Source: Pecten maximus (taxonomy: Eukaryota). From it: 64,000 bases of DNA. Position 1 is the first letter of the stretch, and every line of letters starts with the position of its first letter. This document shows positions 50,939 through 64,000 of this stretch, one piece after another. A model generated the notes under the pieces. It saw only the letters and a program-made list of their open reading frames with translations. It did no database searches and was not told where the DNA came from. A program made the translations under genes and the position numbers. The stretch lies in the NCBI RefSeq assembly GCF_902652985.1, contig NC_047018.1:34286001-34350000 (forward strand). Reading direction: 5' to 3'.

Positions 50939-52895
50939 GGGACTTTTCTGTGGTTTTCTGTTGATGATGTTGTCTATGTTGGGACTTTTCTGTGGTTTTC
51001 TGTTGATGATGTCTATGTCGGGACTTTTCTGTGGTTTTCTGTTGATGATGTTGTCTATGTCATGACGTTTCTGGTGTTTTCTGTTGATGATGTTGTCTAT
51101 GTCGGGACTTTTCTGTGGTTTTCTGTTGATGATGTTGTCTATGTCAGGACTTTTCTGTAGTTTTCTGTTGATGATGTTGTCTTTGTTGGGACTTTTCTGG
51201 TGTTTTCTGTTGATGATGTTGTCTATGTTGGGACTTTTCTGTTGATGATGTTGTCTATGTCGGGACTTTTCTGTGGTTTTCTGTTGATGATGTTGTCTTT
51301 GTTGGGACTTTTCTGTGGTTTTCTGTTGATGATGTTGTCTATGTTGGGACTTTTCTGTGGTTTTCTGTTGATGATGTTGTCTATGTCGGGACTTTTCTGT
51401 GGTTTTCTGTTGATGATGTTGTCTATGTCGGGACTTTTCTGTGGTTTTCTGTTGATGATGTTGTCTTTGTTGGGACTTTTCTGTGGTTTTCTGTTGATGA
51501 TGTTGTCTTTGTTGGGACTTTTCTGTGGTTTTCTGTTGATGATGTTGTTCTATGTCAGGACTTTCTGTGGTTTTCTGTTGATGATGTTGTCTTTGTTGGG
51601 ACTTTTCTGTGGTTTTCTGTTGATGATGTTGTCTTTGTTGGGACTTTTCTGTGGTTTTCTGTTGATGATGTTGTCTATGTCGGGACTTTTCTGGTGTTTT
51701 CTGTTGATGATGTTGTCTTTGTTGGGACTTTTCTGTGGTTTTCTGTTGATGATGTTGTCTATGTTGGGACTTTTCTGTGGTTTTCTGTTGATGATGATGT
51801 CTATGTCGGGACTTTTCTGTGGTTTTCTGTTGATGATGTTGTCTTTGTTGGGACTTTTCTGTGGTTTTCTGTTGATGATGTTGTCTATGTCGGGACTTTT
51901 CTGTGGTTTTCTGTTGATGATGTTGTCTTTGTCGGGACTTTTCTGGTGTTTTCTGTTGATGATGTTGTCTTTGTCGGGACTTTTCTGTGGTTTTCTGTTG
52001 ATGTTGTCTATGTCGGGACTTTTCTGTTGATGATGTTGTCTTTGTTGGGACTTTTCTGTGGTTTCCTGTTGATGATGTTGTCTTTGTTGGGACTTTTCTG
52101 GTGTTTTCTGTTGATGATGTTGTCTATGTCGGGACTTTTCTGTGGTTTTCTGTTGATGATGATGTCTATGTCGGGACTTTTCTGTGGTTTTCTGTTGATG
52201 ATGTTGTCTTTGTTGGGACTTTTCTGTGGTTTTCTGTTGATGATGTTGTCTTTGTTGGGACTTTTCTGTGGTTTTCTGTTGATGATGTTGTCTATGTCGG
52301 GACTTTTCTGGTGTTTTCTGTTGATGATGTTGTCTATGTCGGGACTTTTCTGTGTTTTCTGTTGATGTTGTTTTTGTTGAGACTTTTCTGTGGTTTTCTG
52401 TTGATGATGTTGTCTATGTTGGGACTTTTCTGTTGATGATGTTGTCTATGTCGGGACTTTTCTGTGGTTTCTGTTGATGATGTTGTCTTTGTTGGGACTT
52501 TTCTGTGGTTTCTGTTGATGATGTTGTCTATGTCGGGACTTTTCTGTGGTTTTCTGTTGATGATGTTGTCTTTGTTGGGACTTTTCTGTGGTTTTCTGTT
52601 GATGATGTTGTCTTTGTTGGGACTTTTCTGTGGTTTTCTGTTGATGATGTTGTCTTTGTTGGGACTTTTCTGTTGATGATGTTGTCTTTGTTGGGACTTT
52701 TCTGGTTATGTTGTCTTTGTTAGGACTTTTCTGGTTATGTTGTCTTTGTTGGGACTTTTCTGTGGTTTTCTGTTGATGATGTTGTCTATGTCGGGACTTT
52801 TCTGGTGTTTTCTGTTGATGATGTTGTCTTTGTTGGGACTTTTCTGTGGTTTTCTGTTGATGATGTTGTCTATGTTGGGACTTTTCTGTGGTTTC
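50939..52895. repeat. 42-bp minisatellite, ~47 copies, directly 3' of the DHCR24 stop codon
   Basis: Unit GGGACTTTTCTGTGGTTTTCTGTTGATGATGTTGTCTWTGTY. Confidence 0.97.
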
Positions 52896-55800
52896 CTATG
52901 TTCTAACTTTGCGGTTGATCTTGTCGTAAACCTCTGGGAAGGCTCTCTCACAGTTTGTTAACTTATTCCTCATTCTGTCATATAGGGAGTGGTCAAACAT
53001 CGCACGAAACTCCTCTCTTGACAGGTAGGTGTCTGCGTAAAGCATCTGGAATCTGACAGAGTAAATTTTGCATTAGATAAATTCTGTAAATATTGAAAGG
53101 GAGTAACTGTTTACAGCACAGAGTATTCCTACACAATTTTAATGGTGAACACAAGATACCAGTATGTTTCAGAGTGAAGTGAACTTGGAACACTTTTGTG
53201 CAGCAAATCAAGCAAAAAGGGAAAGTATTCATCTGATGTGATATAATTGGTATTTACTGTTGAAAAACATACAATTCTTTGTAGAGCATTGGATTGATCA
53301 CTTTAAAGAAACAACTTAAATGATGGGACTTTCTAACAATATGAAAATAAACTAAAATAATAACTCCTTCATTCTCATTGGAAATCTCTTATCCGAAGTT
53401 TGACTTCAGGAGGACAGTTACTGGATAACAATAATGTAAAAAAAATTAACAATGGCACTGGGTATCACTCAGCAATTGCTATTGGTAAGCAATACCCAGG
53501 CATTGTCTAAAATAAAATTTTTGTTCAAATTAAGTTGTAAAATGAGAATACCCGTTGACTTTCGTAACATATGCCTCAAGTCGTCGTGTGGTTGGTATGG
53601 CATCAAAGTGGATTGCCTTGGGAGAACCATATGCTCCTATGTCCACATACATCTCATCCTGGTCTCCGTTTGGGTGGACCATTCCAGGATTGTTGTACAG
53701 CTTGAAGGGGCACAGCCAGAGTGGGTACATCTAAAACAAAAAATACCCACATCTAAAACAAAAAATAATAATTGTTAGATTTAAAGATTTTCCTGATTTG
53801 TAGATTTTCCTGATTTGTAAAACATCATTTATTTATGAGAAATTGTAAACCACCTGTTATGGGAATTATATACCTTGACTCAAATAATCTGATTAAAATT
53901 ACATCTGGATCTATGCTTCCATTTTGTAAACTAATAGGTACACTACAAACCGTGGGCATAGTTCAAGATATATGATTTTAATTAGATTGTATCTCTGATA
54001 ATATATTTCTAAAATCTAAAAATTTATTACAAAAGAGCATAATACAAATGTAATAAGATTTGTATTTATACTGTCCAGAGAAAAATCAACAAACCCCTTG
54101 GCAATTAATCCAAAATCAAAATTAATCAATCATGTTATCTATCTATATCAAAAGTAGTATTATTATAATAAAACCCTTCAATGAAAACAATTATAAATAA
54201 TTTTATATAATCGTTGTACAATACAGCTTACCTTGATTTCTTCATGGAAGACTCCAAGAGCCTCTTTTAGTGAAGCCATAGGTACCAACATATCTTGAAT
54301 AATCTGATATTTCTCGTACATTCGCTTGGTTGTTTCCCCTTGAGTGAGCTTCAGTAGGGAGATCTTGGGTGGTACACTCCAGCCAAACAGATACCGGAAC
54401 ACTGGATTGTTTCCAAAGGGAATGATATCCTATGGGATGAAATTGTACTGTAAAAATTGAACTGACAGGCAAGGAAATTTATCATTTGAAATGCCCTGTA
54501 TGTTTTGTATTTATCCACAATGCATGAGTTTTAAGCCACTTACCTGTAGTTCCCAGAAGATGCTCCGTGTATGTCTGTGGTAGTAATGTCGGATCGGAAT
54601 GTATTCTACATCAGGGCCTTTTTCCAAAAACCCTTCCACATGCTTAAAGAACCATGGCTTCCAGAAATATCCAATTGGGTTAATCTACAAGGAGACAAGA
54701 TGACGGTTGTTACAGATATCTCTTCCAGCCCCTGGAGATCACTCAAGCTTCTATGACTTTTAGTCACCTTAATCTTATGATGAATGCCCATATATATTGC
54801 CAAATTTATTAAATTTACTATGTGTATTTTCTAAAGTTATTTATCACCAATATTTGGCTATAAAGTATAACATTATCACTGCTTTCGATATTGGTTTATT
54901 TATAATTAATTCAAAACATAATTTAGTAACTCCAGACAAAAAAAGCATTTTACTGCTAATTATTTTACATTTCTTTGATGTTAAAATGGCTAAGGTCACT
55001 AGGTCTACATACTGGCACTTGAGAATATCAAAAATTATTTTGCACTTTCTGAAATAAATCGATTTTTTTTTTCTGTGACATATCATACAAGATAATTACC
55101 TTATCAAAATCAGCTTCATCTGTGAGGTTGCCAGTCATAATAACAGCAGTATTCTTGGAGTATACCAGCCCTTCCACAAATTGGTTATTTTGTATTTTCA
55201 TAGTTTCTTTTACAAACGTTTCGATCATATCATCAGTTGTATAAACAGGTTTATACTCCATCCTTACAAAGGTCTTCGCTGGAATGATTTTTAATTCGGC
55301 AGAAACCAGAAAACCAAGGGTACCATAGGACCAGGGAACAGAGTAGAACAGCTCTTTGTTGTGTGTCTGTGAAAGAAAACAATTTTATTGTTAAAACTTG
55401 TTAATGTAAATAGTTAAAATAGGCTTTTTCTTTACTAATGTAAAAATAGCTACGATAATGTAGCTCTGGACGACAGACAGACAATTTTTGACAGATGGTC
55501 GTCGCCAGCAGTGTAGGCAGGGAATGAATATTCGTTCTAATGTAAAAATGACCAAGGTTTTCTACCATTCAGCAACATAGCTTAATTCGTTCATTGAAAT
55601 ATTATGTTGGAAAGGACAACAGTTTATTTGAGTTAAGGCAAATTCTAACAATGTCCCTGTTGCATTAATTAGGTTAAAAAACGTAATATATTGTGTCAAA
55701 TGATCACATAGCAATTGGATGAAACTGTAAAAAAAATTAAAAAGAAATTTGATACTGTTTTTTTTCCCCATTTTTACTCTTTGCACACTACTCCTGGAAT

Positions 55801-58800
55801 ATGTTATGGTAAAATCAAATTTGGCATAGGACTACCTATATTTGAATGGTGTCAGAAAACCTGCCCAATTACTAAGCTGATGCAAATGACAATCAATTTC
55901 AAACCAGTCAAAGCTAACAGTATGGGGATCGTAAGATTTGACAGGTGTACATCAAACGACCAAACTAGTCTTTTTTATCCACAAGATGGCGGTGACAGAG
56001 TCTTTGATTTTTCCATGACATATTCCAGGGGTGGACAGATCGATCGAAAGTAACCCGTCGTGGATCATCGAGGATGTGCGTTTGGTAAATGTTGAGTATC
56101 ATCAAACATGTATAAGAATACAAAAGAAAATTTAATTGATCAGAAGTAAGAATCTTAATATATCCATATAACTAGGTCAAAATTTGGACTAAATTATCAT
56201 ACAGAATCATCCCATAAGGAATGACGCTGAATGTTCAGGAAAAGAAATAGCTGTATCTGTCCAAATTTTGTGCTACAATTATTACTATATTTACCGCTGA
56301 ACACTTGATTACATTGCCATCGGCCAGGACAAGCTCATAGCCTACACAACAGTGCTGGAACAGACCATGTTTGTGTGAAGACGTCTCTATACCAACTCCC
56401 ATAATCAAACCACCTGTGAAAACAGAAGTACAGACTAACAGACCTACTCACATAACAAATACATGTATATACAAACGTAAAGTTGATATATTTTAAAACA
56501 AATCTTATATTAATCTGTCTTGTTGGCCTAGGTGAATGATGAGCGTGTCACCATTACACCCCGACCACCCAACCAGCCTATTCCTGTAATCAAACCAACT
56601 GGATACTTATGACAATGTATGTTTACACTAAAATTGCATTCCAAATGAATCAGATGAAGTTTTGATAGCTATGCTGTGTACATCACTTTCCTTCAACTTA
56701 ATAAATTGAGCATTCATCCATGTGATAGGACATTAAACAATACAAAACATTCCTTCAATATGAAACTACATACCCACAGTGAGATCATCCAGTTCAGGTA
56801 AGACAGGTAAAGTCCAGCCAAGGGGATTGAGGAATGCAGAAATTTGACCCATACTGACCAGTGGCTCAACTCTGACCGTCTGATTGATGGAATCAATTTC
56901 AAGGATATCCACCAAGTTAACTTTTATCTTGCGGCTGCTTTTTTTGTAGAGACCTTGTCGAAAGCTGATTGTCATCCATCCTGGGCGAGCTGTACACATT
57001 TGCTTCAAGCAGCCATCACTGTCCCATTTCCTAACCTATAATACATTAGGCATAGTGAAAATCCACATTAAATTCATTAATATGTCTTTATTTTCTAAAA
57101 GCAACAATTACAAATGTATATACATATATATATATGCCAACTACTACAAGAAGTGCTGCACCATAGTTTAAGGATCACCATTTTCAAAAACATCATCAGG
57201 TATTCGGTCATATTAGTTTGTGTTGCTTACCTGTCAATGTCTATCTAGTGTTCATTTAGCATTTAGTAGGGTTGCTACCCTCTTGAGATGCCAAAGTGGG
57301 AGATCAACCACCAAGCGATTGTTCAATGTCATAGCGACATTTCAATGACATAAAATTGTTTTTGTGCAGTGATTTTCATCATAAAGAACCCTATATTGTT
57401 TTATTAGTCTAACAGGATAAAGAATTAAATATTTTTAAATACACATCTAGATGCCATATATGGAAAGTAATATTAAGAAAAAAGTTTATTTACTGTGGTC
57501 AGGATCGATCCCAGGACCCCAAGACTCGCTATCTGATATGATCTATACCAATGTTGAGCTAAATAGTAATTCTTCAGTACTTCAGTCAATCAAGTGGATT
57601 TTTTGCTGGCTTTCAGTACTCTTGTCAAACAAGGAAACAGCTAGCTTGTGAACAGATACAGGATATACTCCTCCAGGAAATGGCTTGTTGAGTTTCCCAG
57701 CAGTATGTGGTGCTTGTGAAGCACAGCTGAGTTTCTATCATGGTTCCCTACATGATCAGCATGATCTGACTGGAGAACTCTGGGTTACTAATCTGATGCT
57801 CTACCAATTTAACTCAAGAGAAATTCTCCCTAGCCGAGTCAGTAGGAGGCAGAAACAGTAGGATGCCATAAAAGACTACTGATGGTTATATATAGATATG
57901 GACATTTCAACTGTATAGTCCAATAGCCAGATTTTGTGGCTGTGCAGTTGAGTATCATGTCTATGTAACAAAGTTAATTAAGCAACATAATGGGGCTCAG
58001 CACTTAGATGGGTGGCCACTTCATTGTACCCCTGTTAACCTGTAGGGTGCCCTCGCACAGCATGGAAAGCAACTTGCTATAACAACATGTAGTTGTGAAT
58101 GCTGAAGATGACAAATAGGTTGAACTCATGAGAGTCTCCAGACGAAGCTCATCAGTGAAGTGGTATATGTGACAATTAATGAACATCATGAGCATTACAG
58201 CTCCAGAGTCCAATATCTACCTTAAGCTATCTTTTTGTGGCTGTGCGGTTAAGTGTCGTGTAACGAAGTTAAGCATTGTCCAGCAGGGCCTCACTTGGAT
58301 GAGTGACAGCTCCATGGTACAATAGTGCACCTAACTATGTTCCGATTTAAAACTTAATATCTGTTATTTACTATAAATACTGTGTATAGTTGATAAATAG
58401 ATACAGGCAACTATGCAAAGGCATGTATGAAACAAAAAATCTAGATCTGTTACATTATAATATTATATAAATGCCATTTTTTAAAGTGACCTCACTGACC
58501 TGTGGACTTGATATATATTATATAAGCCCATGTCAATAATTGGCTTTAGTCTGCAGAGATTTATGATGATCGTGAACAGATAAACTAGAAACTAGCCGTA
58601 AACAACCGACTTGTACTGAAACCAAAGAAATAATTCTGCAAAAATACACACCTGTTCTTGAACATCTTTCACTTTCTTGTCATGTTGTTTGGGGGCCGAA
58701 TTCATCTGGAAGACGATCCAATTTCGAAAGTACATGAAGAAATCGTAGACAACGGACATTGGCAACAAAAACAGGCAAACGAATACCCATCGGTAATTTT

Positions 58801-58903
58801 TGATGACATATTCTAAACCCCGATAGTTGATCCATCCAATCAACGATATTAATGCCGAGATACCGATGAAAGCAGCGCTTTCCAACGAAAATTCAATATC
58901 CAT
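52896..58903 (-). CDS. DHCR24: Delta(24)-sterol reductase, 8 exons, ~524 aa
   Basis: Exons 58652-58903, 56774-57035, 56295-56413, 55100-55366, 54544-54684, 54232-54429, 53552-53730, 52896-53052; phase-consistent (1575 nt). Motifs: [99 protein letters not shown]. Confidence 0.97.
55790..56032. mobile_element. MITE in a DHCR24 intron
   Basis: TIRs CCTGGAATATGTTATGGTAAAATCAAA / TTTGATTTTTCCATGACATATTCCAGG. Confidence 0.65.
57932..58312 (+). repeat. Two degenerate 5S-rRNA-related SINE-like fragments
   Basis: AAGTTAAGCA...CACTTGGATGRGTGAC resembles the 5S A and C boxes; each is preceded by TTTTGTGGCTGTGCRGTT (~57932 and ~58232). Confidence 0.45.
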
Positions 58904-59180
58904 GGCCCAGCTTCCAGAACGAAACACCTGTCAACCCGCTCATCTACTTGCTGTTTAAAGGTCAACAAGGGTCAAGGCTACAAGGTCGCGTCGTTGGCAA
59001 CTTCCTGCATTTCGGAACTCATCGGGTATTTACTATACCTTTTCGATACTTGAATTGTTCCGAAATACCGCGGGAACACCCCGCTATTTTCCCGCCACAC
59101 AAACACATGTACCCTTGTTTTGACTGATGCGTTGCAGTCCGACGGACATCTTACATTTGTTTGATCTCCGAATCTGAACA
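58904..59180. promoter_or_regulatory. Probable bidirectional promoter shared by DHCR24 and UHRF1
   Basis: Only 277 bp separate the divergent ATGs. The interval is CpG-rich, with E2F-like TTTTCCCGCC (~59087) and GCGGGAA (~59070), and AAGGTCA-like half-sites (58958-58988). Confidence 0.7.
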
Positions 59181-62100
59181 ATGTGGATTCAAGTCAGAAG
59201 CTTCGATGGGAAGATTTCTATGCAAGTTGACAACTTGTCGAAGTTGACGAAAATCGAAGATTTGCGAGAGCGACTTGTTGAAAAGTTCGATGCACCTACT
59301 GATCGTCAACGCTTGTTTTACAGAGGGAAACAGGTAGGCTTAAATGCATATTATACCGAAGTAAACCGACAGAAGTAGTTCTGCCAGTTCTGTTTTCACA
59401 TTGCTAATTAATCGCAACTGATTAATTGGTGCATCAATTCTCATAATTGATGTTGCTAAATCAAAGATTAATCTGAAGTTAATAAAGTTTGGGCCATGCA
59501 TATATGTAAACAAACTTGCCGCTCGCATAACAAGGGTATTATCCTAATAAATATATCATGCGGGCTATTGTAACAGTGAGAGGGGGAAGTGCCCAGTAAA
59601 TGTAATGCTTGTTAGTCAATCACTATAGAGCTGTGAGAGGAAAGAGAGCAGTTTGCCTCCACCAGGGATCGAACCAGCGACCCTCGGCTTAATGGCCGCC
59701 GCTCTACCGACTGAGTTAAAGGGAAATCCATCCTAGCGCGAAGCTAGAAGGCGACCATATCACTATGTACAAGTAAAACCTGCAACATAGCTAACGAGAA
59801 AAAATCATGTATTCTATTGATCTGGAGGTGTGTCCCTTCCAACAATCTGACTGGCCACGATTTGTGGATTTGGTAGACACAAGAAATCCTAAGTTTGCCT
59901 GATACACACATGGTCGTATGATGATGAAATATATTTTACTATAAAGTATTTAGAAGGGTTTAGTGCTTTTACAAATGAATTAGGATTACTGGTGATGGGA
60001 GAAATTACACAATAATCAAATACAGTTATCAAGTAGAATTTCTTAATGAAAAGAATGATAAAAAGAAAGACATTGTAGCCACAGGGGCTTGGCACGATTT
60101 TCCAAATGATAGTCTATATATATATGTATATAGTATCAAGGGTAGTAACTACAAAGAGGGGGAAGACGAACGTATTTAAAAAAAAAAAAATTGTCGTCTT
60201 CTGCGGGTCAAAAATCTTAGTGACACATACATTACCTTAAAGAGAAATGTTTTATCTTTCCAATGAGTGTTCGATGAACAAAATTGGCCAAGTATTATCC
60301 AAGTTATGACCTGACGAATTCGGAAATAGATGCTGAAATGGCTAGGTCGGAATCTCCCTGTCCGGTTGAATAGTCACCTCGCCTCTAATGGGTACCTCAA
60401 TAACCATTCAGAAATCGAAAAATCGACGCTTGCAGCGGTATACAGTAACCATAACTATGTCAATATAGGATGTCGGTTGGTTATGTTATCCGTCATGTGC
60501 CGTAGCCAATTCCATATTACATCACTGAGCTTACCGTCTTCAATAAGAACCGCCATCTCTCCCTTCATTCGGAACGCTTCTTGACTGTACCACCACTATA
60601 ACGACCTTAACAAAGTCACGAAAGGTTAGGGAAAGATGGCGGTTCTTTTTGAAGACGGTAAGCTCGGTGATAACATAACCAACCGACATCCTATATTGAC
60701 ATAGTTATGGTTACTGTATACTGCTGCAAGCGTCGATTTTTCGATTTCTGAATGGTTATTGAGGTACCCATTAGAGGCGAGGCGACTATTCAACCGGACA
60801 GGGAGATTCCGACCTAGCCATTTCAGCATCTATTTCCGAATTCGTCAGGTCATAACTTGGATAATACTTGGCCAATTTTGTTCATCGAACACTCATTGGA
60901 AAGATAAAACATTTTTCTTTAAGGTAATGTATGTGTCACTAAGATTTTTGACCCGCAGAATACGACAAATTTTTTTTTTTTTAAATACGTTCGTCTTCCC
61001 CCTCTTTGTAGTTACTACCCTTGATACTATATACATATATATATAGACTATCATTTGGAAAATCGTGCCAAGCCTCTGTGATTGTAGCTTGTTTTTTTTC
61101 CCCATTAAAGAATGAGTTAAAAAAAAACCACATCCCTGTAAACTTACTAAAAGTTGATTTACAACCACTTTGCTCCAAAATTAGTTTCCTGAAACAAGAT
61201 ATATAAATTATGTTACTCCTATACGTATATGAGGTCTTATTCCACCTGATTACATTGGTGGATATTGTGACCTCATATCCCATCAGCGTATGTTTCTTGT
61301 AGTTGCCAGCGCCCTGATTCTTGGGCGTGACATAAAAAGTGTTATAAACCATCTAGTATTAATCCATTTATGCACAAACTGTTGATGATATGGACACCTC
61401 TTAAATATAATTAAATCCACAATAATTCACTTGCAACCTACTGTATTCAAATACTGGCTCACTAAAACAACTTTGCTTTTCCGTTTATTATAAAATACGG
61501 AATATAAATAAAACAGCAACGGAATAATTTCAAAGCATTTCATTTGTTGGTCTATTTCAACTCCAAACCGGAAATAACCTTGAGAGGTCACAGCCAAATT
61601 AAGTATGTCTGTATATATAAAAATGGAACCAACGCTTAAACGATAAGAGGGGCTAATAATCACTGATTTTGGATATAGATATGGACACAATATGTTAACT
61701 GTGTTTATTTAGCATAGCTTAATAGAAAATTTATGCAAGTCACATCATATAAAATGTGAGTTATTATAACTTTTAAGCGATTTTAATTAGAGGTGTCACA
61801 TCAACAGGTTCTACGTGCAGTGGTGATTAGAGTTTACATGACAGCCTGTCAAAAGTTTCCTGTCGTGTAAACCTCTAATATTATTGGAGTAAAATTATGT
61901 ATGAGATAATTTTGTTTGTTTGATATAGTACTGTTAATATCCACAGATACATATTTGATCTCATATAAGTTAACAGGCTGTTCATGTTCATCATTAAATT
62001 CATGTGTTTTTTTTTCTCTAGTTGACAGATGGTCATTCACTGTTTGACTACAATGTTGGTCTGAACGACCTGATACAGATCTTGGTAAGACAGGATGCCC

Positions 62101-62183
62101 CAACTGACAAAGCCACACCTACAGTCAATGGCTACAATAGCGGTGGTGAAGAGAGTTCAGCCTCGGACAAGGAAAACAAAAGG
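59181..62183 (+). CDS. UHRF1: E3 ubiquitin ligase UHRF1, first two coding exons (59181-59333, 62022-62183); the gene continues past the window
   Basis: Ubiquitin-like domain MWIQVRSFDG...LSKLTKIEDLR...QRLFYRGKQ | LTDGHSLFDYNVGLNDLIQILVR, characteristic of UHRF1/2; GT-AG phase-0 intron. Confidence 0.95.
59655..59760 (-). repeat. tRNA-derived repeat fragment
   Basis: Reverse strand TAACTCAGTCGGTAGAGCG...GGTTCGATCCC; no proper acceptor stem. Confidence 0.55.
60080..61080. mobile_element. Foldback non-autonomous DNA transposon (P- or hAT-type) with ~450-bp TIRs and an 8-bp TSD
   Basis: 60080-~60563 is the reverse complement of ~60630-61080 apart from a ~30-bp indel. ATTGTAGC lies at both 60072-60079 and 61081-61088. 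Termini are CACAG...CTGTG. Confidence 0.92.
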
Positions 62184-63586
62184 GTATATGATCTTATTGT
62201 ACTGTATATTTATCAGGTTAGAAACCAGTGCCTGGTAGTTCTCCAATCCATCATCAGGGATCACCATGGCTTCAGATTTTACTATGGAGGAACCTGCGGG
62301 GACAATATTAATTAATTAAAGGGAGATAATTTGTTTACATGAGTTATGTCCCTTTTCATTTTTAGGGAGATGATTTATTGTACAGTAGTTATATCCCCTT
62401 AGAAATTGTTTTCAGAAATAATGATAAACTATTTTAATCCTGGTAATATGAATTTATTTATTCAATATGTAAGAAAAATAAATACAGCATTTACCAATCT
62501 CTGACTCATCCATATTTGTACATCCTTAAATAAATACATTGCTCGTTCTTCATTCTCTTTACCAACTCAGACTTTCTCAAACTCATGGTCTCTCTCTATA
62601 TCTCTTTAAGATTACCAATTCAATGTTACTGATACACTTCCAAAGCTGAAGTTTCTTAAAATAATAAACACTATGATATCACACTAAACACAATAACAAT
62701 ATGTAATGTCACAGCACTAATATAATATGATTTCCAATGTCACAATTGTCAGTCATTTTCACACACAAATTGTCCATTTTCTTACAGCCCAACTTCACAC
62801 TTCATTGTCCTCAGGATCAAACAATGTGGTGATGGTGATATTTCTTTTTCTGATCTGTGTCCATATATAGGTCTGCTGTCCTGTTTTTAAAACATGCCTA
62901 CAAATCAAATGAAACATTCAAAGTTAATAAAAATAAATTAATGAAATGTTTAAACATGAAACTTTCACTCTAGGTAAATACTTGGACCTAATAACTGAAA
63001 ATATTGAAAAAGAATTAATTTTAATTTTTGGTTTTATGATTAAACAAAGTCAGTATATATTAGTCACTAATGTGAAATTTGGAAATAATACATTTTTTAC
63101 CAAATATCAACTATTAAGTTTGTTTACATTAAATATACAAACTAGCCAATAACATTTTGAAAAATAATTCAAAAATTATATTTTTTATTATGACATGTAA
63201 GATATTTATATTATACAAAATACATTTTAGTAACCATTTGACACCTAAATAACTTACCTTCATCTTCGTGGTACTTTAGCCATAAATATTTCTTCATTCA
63301 GTCGGTAAAAATGACGATCTGTGTTTTGACTTTGTCGGTGAACAGACCGGGCTAAGCCTTCTGTCGTTTCGGCGAATTCTCGAAAAATGATTCAATAGAC
63401 TGCTGCTTTAGTTGTCGCTCCATGATTACAGAATAAAATTATAATCATCGGTCTTTTTGTTCTACAGTTCATGTTACTTTCGTTTTGCAAACTCCTCATT
63501 TCTTCACAAACGCAACATCCATGTCACGTGTGTTATAAAGTAATCGGGGTCATATATGCGTTTTACTTTAATTGTCGAAGCCATTT

Positions 63587-63690
63587 CAGGGGTCGACATT
63601 AACGCTTGTCCGATTGTCCGGTACCAGACGAAATTGATGTCGGACAAGTGAAATCATTAAAGTACTTGTCCGACGGGACAAGCAACAAAT
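63587..63690 (+). mobile_element. Possible left end of a hAT-like non-autonomous element
   Basis: CAGGGG start followed by repeated TTGTCCG / CGGACAA subterminal motifs in both orientations; no right end found. Confidence 0.4.
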
Positions 63691-64000
63691 CTGTCATTGT
63701 GTTTTATTTATGTTATATTCTGAAGTCAAAACTGATTCAATACTCACTGTAAAATGAGTAAAAACTCCTTTACATTGTGTTAACCATCGAACGGAAGTGA
63801 GTTGATCATGCTTATTAAAGCTTCATTCGGAACTACAGTACATAGAAATGATGGTAGACTTCCGAGGGCTCTCGAAACCATGTAATCGGTATCACTAGTA
63901 TGTTTGAAACGCATGCGCATGCTGTACATGTGAGAGCATTGATACTACGACAGATACCGTCTGCTGGAATCGTAATAAAAATGAATCCGTTTTGATATAA

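Noticed and set aside
51200-52961. Long hydrophobic ORFs (LLMMLSMSGLFCGF repeats)
   Set aside because: Artefacts of a 42-bp unit, antisense to the DHCR24 3' region.
60330-60829. Mirror-image ORFs MLKWLGRNLPVR...
   Set aside because: A by-product of the foldback arms, with no recognisable domain.

Overview
AT-rich animal genomic DNA with GT-AG introns and one 128-N gap. It is most likely a bivalve mollusc, inferred from intronless nAChR-like genes, satellite-bearing Helentron-type elements and V-domain SINEs. In order, the window holds: a Sola-like DNA transposon with a frameshifted transposase, nested in a MITE (1-3.6 kb); an unannotated two-exon gene for a stand-alone PHYHIP-C-like domain with ADP-ribosyltransferase-like motifs and an acidic repeat tail (7.4-8.7 kb); minisatellites; two tandem intronless non-alpha nAChR-like genes (15.9-20.7 kb); a 13-exon MFSD1-like transporter (+) with an intact Tc1 element in intron 1; three Helentron-type elements carrying 145-147 bp satellite arrays; an 8-exon DHCR24 (-) with a 2-kb minisatellite starting right after its stop codon; and the first two exons of UHRF1 (+), head-to-head with DHCR24, with a 1-kb foldback element in intron 1. 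The best candidates for novelty are the ART-like PHYHIP-C gene and the nAChR pair, which is nearly identical across the scaffold but differs at the ligand-binding loops. All family assignments come from motif recognition by eye, not database searches.
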